Positions 11,578 through 24,565 are shown, numbered from the stretch's first letter. The stretch is 64,000 nt of DNA from Vicugna vicugna (GCA_013265495.1 MU061578.1:1993308-2057307), one strand, 5' to 3'. A program made the numbers and translations. Notes: generated from the letters alone by a model not told the origin.

Positions 11578-12405
11578 CTGTGTCATCAGAATTGCTTTTC
11601 ACTGTAAGTAACAGAAAACATGACTTCAGGGCTTAAACGTCAATAAATTTGAACGCAGGCAGTTTCTGCCCTGGCTTCAACGCTGGACAAGGTCAAGATG
11701 GTGTCTCCATGATGCTGTTGGTCTCTTCATTATGACCACAGAAGGATGCCACAGTACTCATCACAAAGTCCATACAGGGACCAAGGAGAAGGGCAAGGAA
11801 GCAGTGCTGGGTGCTTCTTCTGTCTCTTTTTTCAAGAACACACAAGCCTTCTCAAAAAAACCTGCCTCCAGCATATTCCTTTCTGTCTCTGTGATAGAGT
11901 TGGTCCTGATCCCTCTCTCCTCTGTATTGTAATAAGAATCACATCTCTACCATGGATTCATGGAGGACATGTTGACACTTGACCTTGGGTTTGGCCATAC
12001 AACTTGCTCCCGTCACTGGAATGTTAGGAGATATGGTGTGGGCAGAAGCTTAAAATGTGCTTTCACAACTGGCCTTGCCCTCTTGTCCTCCCGTAATCCA
12101 CCAGGAAAAGAATATACCCCAGGAAGTCTCAAGTCCAAAGAGGATGAAAGACATCTTGGGCGATCTAGACTCAACACACAGCTCGGAGTCTGCAATCCAG
12201 TCTGGACCACACAAACTGCACTCATATATCACTGCAGACCCACAGATCCATTCATAAGAAATATATATTTATATGAGTCACTGTTTTTTTTAGGACAGTT
12301 TGTTATACAGCACTATGGTGGCAAAAGCTGACTGATACATTTTCATTGGATGGAATTGTGTCTCATGGCTTCTCTGAGGCCCAAAGGAGTTTAGAAAAGT
12401 GAACA
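11578..12405 (-). mobile_element. Old MaLR LTR (MLT1K/L-like), split by a nested LTR
   Basis: 'ttttcactgtaagtaacagaaaac' is the reverse LTR end; the element resumes after 12340 with 'tcattgga...tgtctcatggc...caaaggag'. Confidence 0.65.
11890..12339 (+). mobile_element. MaLR solo LTR (MLT1I/J-like)
   Basis: TG...CA ends ('tgtgatag' ... 'tttgttatacagcactatggtggcaaaagctgactgataca'); internal 'ttgggtttggccat...cagaagcttaaaatgtgc'. Confidence 0.8.
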
Positions 12406-12754
12406 ACAAACAAGGGAAACTAAAAGAACAGATATAGAAACTTTTTTCCACGCTTCCCAATTCAAATTCTCACTCTACACAGATTTCCAAACAAGCATAC
12501 CTTGCTTTGGTCTCTCAGATATTAGCTATATCCTCCAAATGCCCATTAAGCATTTTGCATTGATGTGTGCTGCATTTATGTCAAAATCTGGGCATGTAAA
12601 ACTGACTTCTTTCCATCTCTCATCTCAAAACTGACCCCCCCATCTGACTTCCTTAGGATACCTTTATTACTACAGTGACAAACACTCACTATCCACTATC
12701 TCAGGGTTAACTTTGATTTCTCTATTTGAATCTACATATGGCATAAATATTATA

Positions 12755-12990
12755 AATAATATTTACTATACTCATTTATTGAGCACTTATAAGACTCCAA
12801 GCAATGTTCCCAATGCTTCATGTGAATTATCGCATGTAAACCATACAGGAGAAGCTCTGGAACTACAGGTAATTTATTATCATCTTCATGATAATGAAGA
12901 ATTCAAAGGTTACTTTCCACCATCCAGTAACTGGCAAATTGGAATATACCAGATATTGGGTTCAAAATCACTCCATCCCCGGGCCAAGTA
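12755..12990 (-). mobile_element. MIR SINE within L2 remnants (~12540-13500)
   Basis: 'catttattgagcactta...aagcaatgttc' reverse tail; flanking pyrimidine-rich L2-like sequence. Confidence 0.55.
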
Positions 12991-14019
12991 TTCTTTGTGA
13001 ATTATTTCACTGAATCCATACATACACCTTTGTATCAAAGCAGTTACTGAAAGATGAGAAATATTAGGTATAACTGATTATTTAATAATCACACCTTTAC
13101 CAAATGTCTCTCAATTTCAAACTCACTCCTTTCCTGGGTCAGGTACTTTATGTGAATTTTTTCAATCCTCCCATGCATTTACCCGCTTTTGTCAAATCAC
13201 TTACTAGATGAGAGAGATTAGATTATACTGATTCTACCCCAGTACATGTCCCTTAATTTCTAACCCCACTGTCTATAAACAATTAAAAAGGTCTTCCTTT
13301 CTTGTTCCTTCTCATTCCAAATTGCTGTACATATAGCCTCCAAATTAAACTCTTTAAAATACTGCTGTCATCTTCACATTTATCTCCTGCCCTGCCAGCA
13401 CCTGCCCCTGCTATCAGAAATACTGCACTTATGTAGGAGACATCATTCAAAGCCACAGTCATGGGACTTTGCCCTATACTGAATACGAGAAGATTCAATT
13501 ATACACCTAACACCTCTCAAGAAATACACTGACAAGGTGGGCAGAAGTGGGGTGAAAAGAACTTTCTTTGAAACTCCTTAATGCAAAAGTTTTGGATGGT
13601 TTCACAGCCCACTGTACCTATCAAATCAAGCCACAATTTCTTACTCAAGGGCCTCAAAGAGATAAACCCATTCGTTTACACCAGATCAGTTCTACCAAGA
13701 TTGGACAGTTGTCCCAAGGCTGACCTAAGGCCAGTAAGCCGTGCTCCAAGAGCTTGCATCTGCTCTAACTGGTCAGCATATGCGCCATGCTCATTAGTAA
13801 GAATGATGAACACCGTGCTAGTGTTGCCGTTTCTCTTCGTGAAATGCCTGCATGCTCTCTCTGCCCATCTAGCGTGATGTCTGACCTTCACATCCCACCC
13901 CTGCATAACCCACAGGAGTCTCTCTGCTCCTCAGAACCCCTCAAACAGGCTGGACATTATGGTGACTGGCTTGGAATAGAAACACTGTCTCTGTGTGCTT
14001 CTCTTTCTCTGGATCAGAA

Positions 14020-14231
14020 TGTTGCCTGCTCAGAACTGTTGGCATTCTGTGTTGTGAGGGGCAGTCCAGGGCACTGGACTCTGTGGGGCAGCACCTCTGG
14101 CCTCTACCCACTAGGTGTCAGCAGCACCATGCCTCTGGTTGTGACAACCAAGGATGTCTCTGGATCCTGCCCAGAGTCCTCTTGGTGGGCAAAAACGTCT
14201 CCCTCCTCACCTCCACGGAGAACCGTCACTG
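14020..14231 (-). mobile_element. MER20 hAT-Charlie MITE
   Basis: 'ctggcctctacccactagg...gttgtgacaaccaaggatgtctc' is the reverse complement of the MER20 core. Confidence 0.85.
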
Positions 14232-15859
14232 TAGACTACACCGTTCTCGGGACTGAGACGTTCCTGAGTCTTCTCGCCCCCTTTTGTGTCATGTGGGAGG
14301 TACTCAGCGATATGGCGGGTTGATTTCACATTCTCACAGATCCATCTTAATTGGAGGTTTTGTTTTTTTGAAACATCCCAGCGGGTAGTTGTTTTAATCT
14401 GCCATTAAGTCCACACCATTTTGCAAATGACTGCCTAAAAATGCACATAACTAAGTATTAATTTGTTTGTGTAGGATGCAGAATTCTGCTTCTCCCAATA
14501 GGATCACCTTCTGAAAAGGCCATCTTTTATTTGATTTTTTTTTTTTTTAGTGCCTACCTAGGATTCCACGTTACTCTCTAGAAATCATCAGTTTTCAGAG
14601 GTTATTTATGAAGCTACGGAGAATTGTGGTGATGCTGCAAAGAAGTCACAATGACCTACAGAGAATAAACCAGAGCTCCGAGGAGCTGTTAAGAATAATG
14701 GACTAAAAAAAAAAATGAAAAAAACAGAGAAAAACAAAAATCAGAGTGAAAAATCTATTGTGATCATCCACAAAATACAGTCTTCTGTAAGCAGCAGACA
14801 CGCTTCCAAATGAAAATACTTACGTTTTTAAAAGCTTTTGTTTCATAATAAATACATGAGGTTATTTATTACATGTATGATATCAGCATTAGTTTGAGAA
14901 CACAAAAACTGTATTATTAGGAACCCAAGATACAAAGAAAAGTGATTTCTAAATATAAAGGGTAAAATCATATGAGGCTACACCAGGGGAAAAGCTCTAT
15001 ATTTGAATCAATTGAACAAGAGTGCTGCTCTCTTTTTTTAAATTTATATAATATCCTGTTTGATGTAAAATTGAAGAAAAGAACGTAAGTTACCCCTAAG
15101 CCAACTTTTTAAACTAAAATGTTGTACAAAGATTCCTGTGGCATTTCAGCTGCCCTTAAATTTTAATAATACTGATAAAATATTCTACTATGCCCAGCCA
15201 AGTAATTTTTTATCTTTAATTGGTAAGCCCTCATTTATTATTTCTAAAGCATAAAAATTCTAATATCTAGGATTTATAACCTACCCAGGCAATCGTGACT
15301 GCAAAGGTATTTTTAAGTGCACTCAAAAATAGAGAAAGCAAATGAACACTAGGGAAATTTAAGTTTGGACTACAATGGAAGAAGAATTTTTTTTTTTACA
15401 ACAAATATATCATCGACTAACTATATTATGCCTTGTCAGTGAAAAAACATCCTTTGGCAACCCCTGGGGTGATAAGAAAGGCTTTTCATGGAATGAGAAG
15501 ATGAAATTAAGCCGGTAAAGAAGGCCCAGGTTCTCCCAATACAGAATTAGCACAGATCATTTCAAAATTGACAAGAGGAGCAAAACCTGAAATACAGCAT
15601 GAAGATTCAGTGAAATATAAATATAACATATCGACCCACAGATGGTCAATAAGCACTTTTTCCTGCAGGCATTTTTATTCATAAAATAAGCTTTACTCAG
15701 ATATTAAAGGGGAAAGGGGCAAGGAGCTTGCAGAAAACAAAAAGCACTGCTCAGAAAACGTCCTCCAGGAGACTGGCATCGGTTCTATAGGCTACATGAT
15801 AAAACCTTCAAGACAATCTTTGAGAAATGGGAAATCGAGTTTCATTACTAACCTACTAC

Positions 15860-16332
15860 ATTATGCTGAGTAACAGCCGCCCACGGATATCAGGTCCTAT
15901 TCTCTGTAGATGGTAAACGTTACTTTATAAGGAAAAAATAAAGGGTCTTTGCAGGTGTGATGAAGGATCTTTAGATGGGGAGATTATTCTGGATGATCAG
16001 GGTGGGTCCTACATCCAGTGGCAAGTGTCCTTAAAAGAGAGAGGCAGAGGGAGGTGTGACACGTTCAGAAGAGAAGGTCCTGTGAAGAAGGAGGCATAAA
16101 TTGGAGCGATGCTCCCACAAGCCAGTAAATGCCAGCAGCCGCCAGAAACCGGAAGAAGCAAAGAGCCTCCAGGGGGAGCAGGCTCTGCCAACATCTTCAT
16201 CATAACCCAGTGATGCTGATTTGGGATGCTGATTTCTGTCATCTAGACTGGCGAGAGAATACATTTCTGTTGCGTTAAGTCACCAACTTTGTGATCAGTC
16301 GATACACCAGGAAACAACAGGAAATTAATAAA
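15860..16332 (+). mobile_element. MaLR solo LTR (MLT1C-like)
   Basis: 'gggtctttgcaggtgtgat...agatggggagattattctggat...gtccttaaaagagagaggcagaggga...gagagaatacatttctgttg'. Confidence 0.9.
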
Positions 16333-16376
16333 CCCACCATATTTCCTCAGTGTCTCCTACTACTGAACTTCACTGT

Positions 16377-16378
<2 letters not shown>

Positions 16379-16437
<59 letters not shown>
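16379..16437. repeat. (AAT)16(ATT)3 microsatellite
   Basis: Read directly; explains the poly-Asn ORF 16376..16558. Confidence 0.95.
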
Positions 16438-17154
16438 ACTGACACAGGATTACACACCACCTCCCAGCACTTACTTACTGTGTGACAGACCCTCCCTTAA
16501 TCACGTATGCGTGTTGTGTTCCTCCATCCGCAAGCCACCACCATGTTTCGGGGGTTAGGATCTCCACGGCACAGAAGAGGAAACAATGACCCTTTGTCAC
16601 ACGACCATCAAATGACAGATTTGTCATGAGAACTCAGAAAACTGACTCCACGGTCCTCTCCTCTCCCACAACCATTCTGCCACGCTGCCCGTGCACGAGT
16701 CTTTATCACAAAGAGCAAAACTTTGGGTCTACAAAAAGACAGAGACAGGTATATTGCATGAAGTTCATGGGCCATTCATAGTAAGTACACTGCATTCCTA
16801 ACCATTAAAAACTCAGAAGACGTAATAGGTGTGCTGGTCATTCTCTTCACTTGATAATGATGCTCTTGGATACATTAAATTTTTATATCATGAGTCAGCC
16901 TATTATTTTCCACTATAATTCAGAACAGATAGTAGCTGTGTGTGACATAACAGCTGAGGTTGTTTTTCCAAACCTGTCCCTCCCTAATTGGTAAGGCAAG
17001 GAAAGCAACAATTTGGGAGACCAGCATTGCTAAAACTCTGATTGGAATTCAAGTTCCAGGGAACTGGTGGTGTCATTAATCAACTGTTTCAACTAATTAA
17101 CTATTTTCTTCTCAGTCCCTAAAGTAGGCTTTAGGTGGTGGGACCTGGAACATA

Positions 17155-17480
17155 CCATTCATCCATCTATCTATCCGTCTATCAACTTGTCCACCCATCT
17201 CCCCATCCCTCCACCCATCCACCCTACATTGAGTGCAACTTGGACTAAAACTGCCTAGAAAGTAGTACCTAAGTCCATGTTAATAATATTTAGAGGGTGT
17301 TCATATATGAGACTATAGTAGGGGACAAATTTGGCAATAATCAGACACTCACCGAGTTTAAGTTTAGCTTCAGAAGAGAGAAGAGTGTCTCACTAAAACA
17401 AAGAAATAACAACAGAAACACAAGGAAATGTTCCCTGAGAATGAGACTGTGGCTAAGAGCTCAACTCAGAGAAGAAGGAA
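17155..17480 (-). mobile_element. L2 3' end with degenerate (CCAT)n tail
   Basis: (CCAT)-like run followed by 'attgagtgc' and purine-rich reverse L2 sequence. Confidence 0.5.
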
Positions 17481-18124
17481 CATGTGTTGAAGTCGTGTAA
17501 GGAAAGTGACACACATGGGAGAGCATTCCATGGATGGAGAGGAGAAGGAAGATTTCCAGACCTTCCTGGAAAGACCCACTGTGCCTGTCACCAGGGAACT
17601 GGGAGATCACCAGACCACGATGCATAAAAAGGCTGGAGGGTCAAGGGAGCCCCGGGAGAGACTATGGCAAGATCACAGCTAGAAACGAAAACAGCAAAGA
17701 CACAACCATGACTCACCAAGGACTGTGGGCATCGCCACAGCAGCACAGGAGGGGCCAGGCAAGCCAGATCTTCTCCAGGGATGCTGATGATAACATCTGG
17801 TTTACTGGGATGTTTTGACAGCATGATTCATAATGGTTGTAGAAATTTTTTTAAATAGGGAGAGGGGTGTTTTAATCACTTTATGATGTATATGCTTCCA
17901 TGAGTGATGAACCATATCTCAGTGGAAGACCATGGACTACTACCTACCTCTCATCATTGGTCAAGCCATTTCTGTGTGCTGGGATAGTTCTTATTCCTCG
18001 CTTCTAAGAACAAAGAATTATCAAACACTGGAGAAGGTAAAGAAATCAACAGTGACAACTGCAATTCTTTATGTCTGCCCCTTGAGCCAATCATTGCACC
18101 TTAAAGAGCTCGTCCAAAGGAAGT

Positions 18125-18590
18125 AGCGATGTGCTCAAAGATCTCTGTTCAAAAATTTTCACTGCAGCTTTTAAAAGTAAAGCAAAAAACAAAACAAAAC
18201 AAAACAAAACCTAGAACAATATTAGTGTGTAACCAATGGAGAATGGTTTAAGTGTGATGGCACACCCCAATGTTGGGCTATTGTGGACCATTAAGTTTAT
18301 CTTCCTGAAGAATATTCAATGATGTGGAAGAAAATGTTCATATTAAAATGTCAAGTGGCAATAGCAGGGCACTGTAATATATGTAGTTTAAGCCCAACTA
18401 AATATCTGAGTACTCACATACACACAGAAAAAATAAATAAATACAAAGGGAATCCACCAGAATGATGCGAGGAGGTGTCCACCGTAGCAAGAGTTTAACA
18501 AGGGGATAGTTTCTTATATAGATTTTTTTTCCTTTTTTTTCCTAACTTTTCCTCCACAAGTATACATTATTTTATAAACAGAAGAAACGT
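18125..18590 (+). mobile_element. Very old L1 (L1ME-like) 3' end
   Basis: 'ttcactgcagc...ggagaatggttta...gtggaagaaaatgttcat', ends 'atacattattttataa'. Confidence 0.65.
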
Positions 18591-19234
18591 ACAAAAAAGA
18601 AAATGAAAGACGGTGTCCGTGAAAATACTGCACGACATGTAGGAGACGTGGGTCTGTCCATTTCTAAAACAACTTAATTTTTTGGTTTGTCTTTGTTTTG
18701 CTTACATCAGCACCCCAGCATCCTCCGCCCCAGGATGCCAGTTTAAAACAGGCTAAGATGGTGTCATCTTCAATTCCATAAACGTGGAATCTGTGAAAAT
18801 TCTGATGAATAAACCTCTGATTATTTTTTTTCCCCTTCTGAGCTATAAATGTTGTCACAATTTGAATCACGGTATATGAAAAAGATGCCAAGTACCTTCT
18901 CGCAGCAGATGAATCACGCATTACAAATGGCTTATGTTTAAAACAAATGATCAGCTTAAACATCTCCGCCTGCCACGAGGTCCCAGCAGACATGGTATAT
19001 GTTCTCCAGCATATTAACTTAAAAATGGAGCTCGGTCCCCAGGGGGCTTTGAGATGTCAGGCAAGACCCAGGTAAGGAAAGGAGTGATGGATCTTTTTAT
19101 TTGGTTCAAGCTAAGCCACCATCTCCTTCTTGGATTTCTTCCCTCTGCAGACAGAATGGAAAAGCAAGTCGTTGGGGCTCCTAAAACAGGAAGTCGAGGT
19201 GCATTTGCCTAGGGGGAAGCACTGGAAGCAATCT

Positions 19235-19682
19235 GCCCTGCAACATACGGTCTTTTGCATCTGACTTCTCTCGCTTAGCAGAATGTGTGCACGATGTTTT
19301 GTGAGGTCCATCCGCACAGCAGCTTGTATTAGTATTCTGGTTTTTTGTTAAGCTCTTTGTAGTTTGTTTTTGCTGAATTGTATCCTCTTGCACAGGTATC
19401 GTGAGTTTTATGTACTCACCAGTTGATGGACATTTGGATTGTTTCTAACTTTTGCCTATTATGACTGGTCCTGCTGCAAACAATGCAGATCAGTGATTGC
19501 CTGAGGCAGAGGGTGGAAGAAGAGATTGACTGCAAATGGGTATGAGGGCGGGATCTTTTTAGGGAGAGGGAAATGTTCTCAATTTAGACTGTAAATTTTC
19601 TAAAGATAATTGAGTTTTAGAATTAAAATCAGTAAATGTTATGTTATGTAAATTATACGTCTATAAAGCTGTTGAAGAAAAC
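19235..19682 (+). mobile_element. L1ME-like element with inverted 5' part (19235-19485 on -, 19486-19682 on +)
   Basis: Antisense 'gttgatggacatttggattgtttc' block abuts a sense block 'cagatcagtgattgcctg...gattgactgcaaatggg...gtaaattatac...ataaagctgtt'. Confidence 0.75.
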
Positions 19683-20114
19683 CTAGTTTGGTATGACCTT
19701 ATTTCCAAGATGCTGTCACCTGGCTCTTGAAAGCAGATATTTACGCGTTAAGTTCCTCTTAATATTGTAGCATCAGGAGCTTCCAGAGTTACAGCCCTTA
19801 GACCAAAGGAGCAGGTTTTAAATGGAGGGACCGAGGCATCAAAAGGGGAAGAGGTAATATGGTTGTGGAACAATGCCAGCACAATAAAACCTATTGTTTC
19901 CCTAATTAGGTTTGTGAAGGTGGAAATCGTAACTGTATGAGTCAGGGCATTGTTGGGGATCCTGAGCTGGAAGATTCTAACAGGCTGAGTACCAGGGTGT
20001 TGAAATTTGGAGGATGAAGGGAAAGAGGTAGGAAGAGATGGCAGACGGCAAAGAACTGAGGGCCCAGAGGGCGGGGGAGAACCGTCTGGTGTGAAACGGA
20101 AGCGTTGGTCGTCC

Positions 20115-20340
20115 CAACTAGGGAAGATCAGAAAGGGGGATGTTCACCTCCTAATAAAGATACCGCGGCATCTGGCCGATTCCGTCTCCCTGTAACACTG
20201 CGCTCGCCCCTCCATCTTTGGTCAGAAGAGGAAACCGAGGCCCAGGAGATGGGAGGAACTTGCTCAAGGTCACAACCAGGGTAACTGTCAGGAACAAGAT
20301 TAAACCCACAGGGCTCCACTGTCCAGGCCCCTCTTTACTC
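20115..20340 (-). mobile_element. MIR SINE
   Basis: 'cagaagaggaaaccgaggcccagg...acttgctcaaggtcaca'. Confidence 0.75.
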
Positions 20341-21929
20341 TCAGGCCGTATGACTTGGGTTGAACTGGCCCAGTCCGCTACCCACTGAGCAAATTCCTCT
20401 TGCTCTCACACTTGCGACACATTTCTCTGCTTGCTGAGGACAATGTCATGTATCTCCTAAGCCAGCAATCAACTTCACCCCCTACCTTCAATCCCCTTCA
20501 CTGCCCAGCAGAGGCTGGTGTGCAGTGACTGTGCATAACAACAGATACCAGAAGACTGAATCCAGAACCAGGGTCCCCATGGCCTTGAACACACTAAGAA
20601 GCTTGCAGAGAAAGACCTAGACTCGGCTACTTCCTTCTAAAAGAACAAATAACCACCAGTCACTTCCAGACCCCACTCAGTTCTACAGCTCAGGACGCAA
20701 AGCATAGTCTTCCAACTGGGGCCCCCTCTAAGACGAAAATCATGAGACGGAGCTTGACAGCTGTGATTCACCGAGTCACAGCTACGGTGGGACACTTGGA
20801 AATCAAGAGGAAAAATAAACAATTCAGTAACCTTCTTGTAAAATTTGCAAGAGGACAACCATAACTGAGGTCAGTGCTTCACAACAAAATGAGAGCGAAA
20901 CAGAGAGGGAGAGACTGAGAGATGTCTCAGAGAGAATTATCCTTAGGCTCTTGATCCAGATCTACCCGCCTGAAAGGAGACTGATCCTTATGCAGAAAAA
21001 GATGCCCTGAACACCTCACCTACCACTGGATGATGTGTGCTGTTGCAAACTGAGCCCTTCTAAGACTTACAGAGGCAGACACTGAGACGCCAACTTCAGT
21101 CTGATCACTCAACACAGTCTTCAGCGTTGTAGTTCACTTCTTAAAATAATGAATATAGGCCTAATGATGTCTCAACACATTTCTTTCTAACAGGGAAAGA
21201 GGGAGGGAGGAAGGGAACAGGGAGAGAGACTAATCCTTGTCACCAGAGGTTTTAACTGAATGCATGTCTCGGGGTATGGTTTTGCTGGAAAAGCTCAGAT
21301 TATCCTAATAACTTCTTTCAGGTCAAAACTCACTGTTGCTCAGAATACTTTAATTATGAGGAAATTAAAATCAGGCCATTCTGCCACACTTGTAGGTAAC
21401 AATGTGCAGTCAGTGTAACAACCACAGCATCTTGGGCCCTAATTATAGAAATGTGGATCGTCTCAAGCCAAAACAAGCACCTCCCACACTGGGCCGCCCA
21501 GTGACCAGGCTATTCCAGGGTCCTTAATCCTGGGGCTGGCAGAATATCGCCTCCCAGGAATGGCCATCCTGAAGCTGCAGTCTCACTGCTCAGGCAGACA
21601 GGGCCAAGGAAGGGAGTAGACTGTGTGCAGGACTGAGGGAGAGTCCATCTTGGGACTATAAACATGATGTTTTAAAAAGCAGAGGATTAAAAAAAATAGT
21701 AACACCAAAAGAAAGCCGTTTTATAGCTGCCTTGTGACAAAAACCAAATTCACATGTGGATGCTAAGAACATGGAGAAAGAGGACTGGAGACCCTGGAGC
21801 CTACACTGACAGACTGTGGCTGCTGCTCAGAGGACCAGGAGGGGAAAGCGGGGGCCAGTGCCCTGCGGACCCAGCAGTCTGTAGGTGCTCTCAGAGAAGC
21901 CACCTCTTTGAATTCTTGTGAAGCCCTGC

Positions 21930-22040
21930 TAGCCTTTTACAGAGGAAGAACATGGGCAAAGCGGTTTTGTAGAGCTTGGCTGAGGTCAAACTGCTGGTAA
22001 GTGGTAGAGCTGGACTGAACTGAGGTCTGACCCTAAAACC
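21930..22040 (-). mobile_element. MIR fragment
   Basis: 'ttttacagagga...gaggtcaaactgctggtaagtggtagagctgg'. Confidence 0.65.
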
Positions 22041-22189
22041 CTTTAGGAGAACCTACAGCTTAGAATACAAGGTTGATTGTTTTGAGCAGAAAACCCCCTT
22101 TGTGCCTGCAGGGAAGTCTGGCCACACAGCTATCCATCAAGAACTCCCATCAGAGACCACCGAAGAAGACTTAAGAAACACTCCTACAG

Positions 22190-22432
22190 TCATGAAATGT
22201 TAGGAGTAGAGGTTTTGGGGTTCAGACTTCCCGGGGTTCGAATCTCTGCTCTGCTATGTTTATGAGCTTTGTTAACTCAGGCAAGTTTGTTAAGATCACT
22301 GAGCCTTGGTCTCTTCATCTAACATGTGAGATACAGCCCCTGCATCATGGCGTGGCAGGAACGCAAAAACAGATAACACACCGGAAGTTTGGGACCTGTA
22401 GTAGGAACTCAACAGATATCCATTATTGTATC
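22190..22432 (+). mobile_element. MIR SINE, near full length
   Basis: B box 'ggttcgaatc', core 'ggcaagtt...ctgagccttgg...catct', tail 'gtaggaactcaacagatat'. Confidence 0.8.
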
Positions 22433-22954
22433 AGAATAAAATGAATCCAAACTGATTACTTTGAACTTTGAATGTACCACCAATCAAAGCATATTTATGG
22501 CAAGGTGTGTGTAAGGGGTGGGGAGGAGGGGGGGTGGAAAGAGCCTAGATCTACCAAAGTATATTGGAACGGCCCCAAAAGAGTATGCCTGCTGCCATTC
22601 TGATGAATCTAAAGTTGACTATCTTACAGCATCCCTGACACTCAAGTCTTTTTCATATAAAAAAATCATATGCACCTCTCAACATGCCCAAGTCTGACTT
22701 TCCACGCATCCCTTCCTACCCAAAGATGGCTCCTGGATCTTAAATGCTGCTAAGTTACATCTGCCTGTACAGATGATGATTCATACCCGTCTTATTATTT
22801 ACTATGAGGATAAATGAGCAAAGGGAGAAGAACTTCTTTAATATGGAAGCAAAAGAGAAAATCTGTTATCAAATTTAGGGTGAATTCTTTGAGAAAAAGG
22901 AAGGAGGCACCGCACTGCGTTAGAGTTTGTATTATTTTTATTTGTTATGCGGCT

Positions 22955-23228
22955 TTATTATTTTTTGATGGAGGTGAAAGTCACGTAACATAAAACTATC
23001 TCTATTAAGTTTAACAACCCAGTGAGATTTAGTACATTCGCAGTGTTGGCACACCACCCCCTCTATCTAGTTCCCAAACGTTTTCAGTGCCCTGAAAGGA
23101 ACCACATGCCCTTTGGGCAGTCGCCCCCTATCTTCCCCCTCTCCCAGACCCTGGCAACCACCAGTATGCATCCTGCCTAACTGTATTTAACTATTCCTGA
23201 TATTTCATGTAAATAGAATCATACACGA
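22955..23228 (-). mobile_element. L1MB-like 3' end
   Basis: 'cagtgagatttagtacattc...ccctggcaaccacc...atttcatgtaaatagaatcatac'. Confidence 0.8.
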
Positions 23229-23859
23229 CAATTGACTAAATACTGAAAATGACCATGGAGCAGTCAGAATGAATCCCTCTGTGTCTACACAGACGGCAGG
23301 ACCATCTCGATGCCGACTTCACTGCAGCTTAGGTTCCCAGAGCCCGTTAACAGGCATCATCATGGAATTATCTATATTCCAATGAACATTAGGTTGAAAA
23401 GCAGACCAACACCACGGTTCAATCAAAAAGAAAAATGGGGGACGGTCTTAACATTTACAATGGCCAATCTCCAACCATTTTGACTCAACCAAATGGATTT
23501 TTCCATTCCTCCAGATGAGTGCTGGCTAATGAGAAAAGCAAAATGGGTTAAACCAAATTTTCTTTTACGTAAATTCCAAAATACACCTCCCATTAGAGTC
23601 ATATAATGCGACAGACTCTCAACCAGATGGAGAAACATTCTCTGCCTAATGAAGAACCAGGAATCCGCCTACCCAGTCCATCCTCTGTTGATTTAAATCC
23701 TGTCCTATGAGAACCAAAGAATGCAGCTTAGAGAATGCAGTCCAAGCCATCCCCCAACCCCGAGCCACATCCGTCCTGATTGTTTACCACGTTTCTGGGA
23801 AAGAGGGCTATCAGTACCCCCCGAAAGCTCATCCACCTCCCCTACTTAGGAATTTTCCA

Positions 23860-24000
23860 GGATAAGTTTGCATCAGAATCACCTGAGGAACTTATTAGTG
23901 AGATGGGTGCTTGGACTCCCCACCCACAGATGCTGGTCTCTAAGACTGAGTTGGTGTCTGGGCATCTGGATCTGCAATAAGCGTCTCTGATGATCAACTT
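23860..24000. mobile_element. MER5A-like MITE
   Basis: 'tgcatcagaatcacctgagga...cttatta'. Confidence 0.6.
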
Positions 24001-24309
24001 GTCCGTGGAAATGAATGCACGAGCTCTGAAGGCGTGCAGAGAAAGAGAACAGGGAGAACCTGGACAGCGTCTCGCAGCAAAGACACCAGACTCGAGCAGC
24101 TCTTTGCAGGATGAATGTTTCTATAATTAATTGCTTTTGACTTAGAATCATTCCAGAGTCCAAGTTATAAGAAACTCAAAAGGTGCTCAGTGCTAACCTT
24201 GAACCTGGGTCTCCTGAGGGTGGGGTTAAAGAGACCAAGCTAACTTTGGAGGCAGCGCAAGTGGGCATTGATGGAGAAGAGAGGGGGAGGCCTTGCAGGC
24301 CTGGGGGCT

Positions 24310-24565
24310 CGACGGTTCACGGGAGCCAGAGGAGCAGGGCTTTGTGGCCGGCGGCGGTGTTTCTATTCTGGGTTCATTCAGGGGACTCGCCATGTGACCT
24401 TGGGCCCGTCACATTCCCTCAGCACTGCTGCCTCTCCATCTGTGAAATAAGGCACCGGCGTCCGTCACACAGGCCCTCCCGGGGCGGGGAAGATTAATGA
24501 GGCGAAGTTTACAAAGTGTGTGGGATGCCAGGCGACCGAGGGCAGCAAGAAGCACAAGGTAAATG
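24310..24565 (+). mobile_element. GC-enriched MIR
   Basis: 'tgtgaccttgggc...cctctccatctgtgaaat...gaagattaatgag'. Confidence 0.7.

Noticed and set aside
13787..14323. Longest ORF (178 aa)
   Set aside because: Runs through a MER20 MITE, has no recognisable domain and no clear splice context
16376..16558. Poly-Asn ORF
   Set aside because: Translation of the (AAT)16 microsatellite
20911..20942. ~30-nt similarity to 33123-33153 (gagactgaga...gtctcagag...ttatc)
   Set aside because: Short, GA-rich and gapped; this copy lies in a probable LTR remnant, so likely chance
22230..22256. tRNA T-arm-like GGTTCGAATC
   Set aside because: It is the tRNA-derived head of a MIR; no cloverleaf
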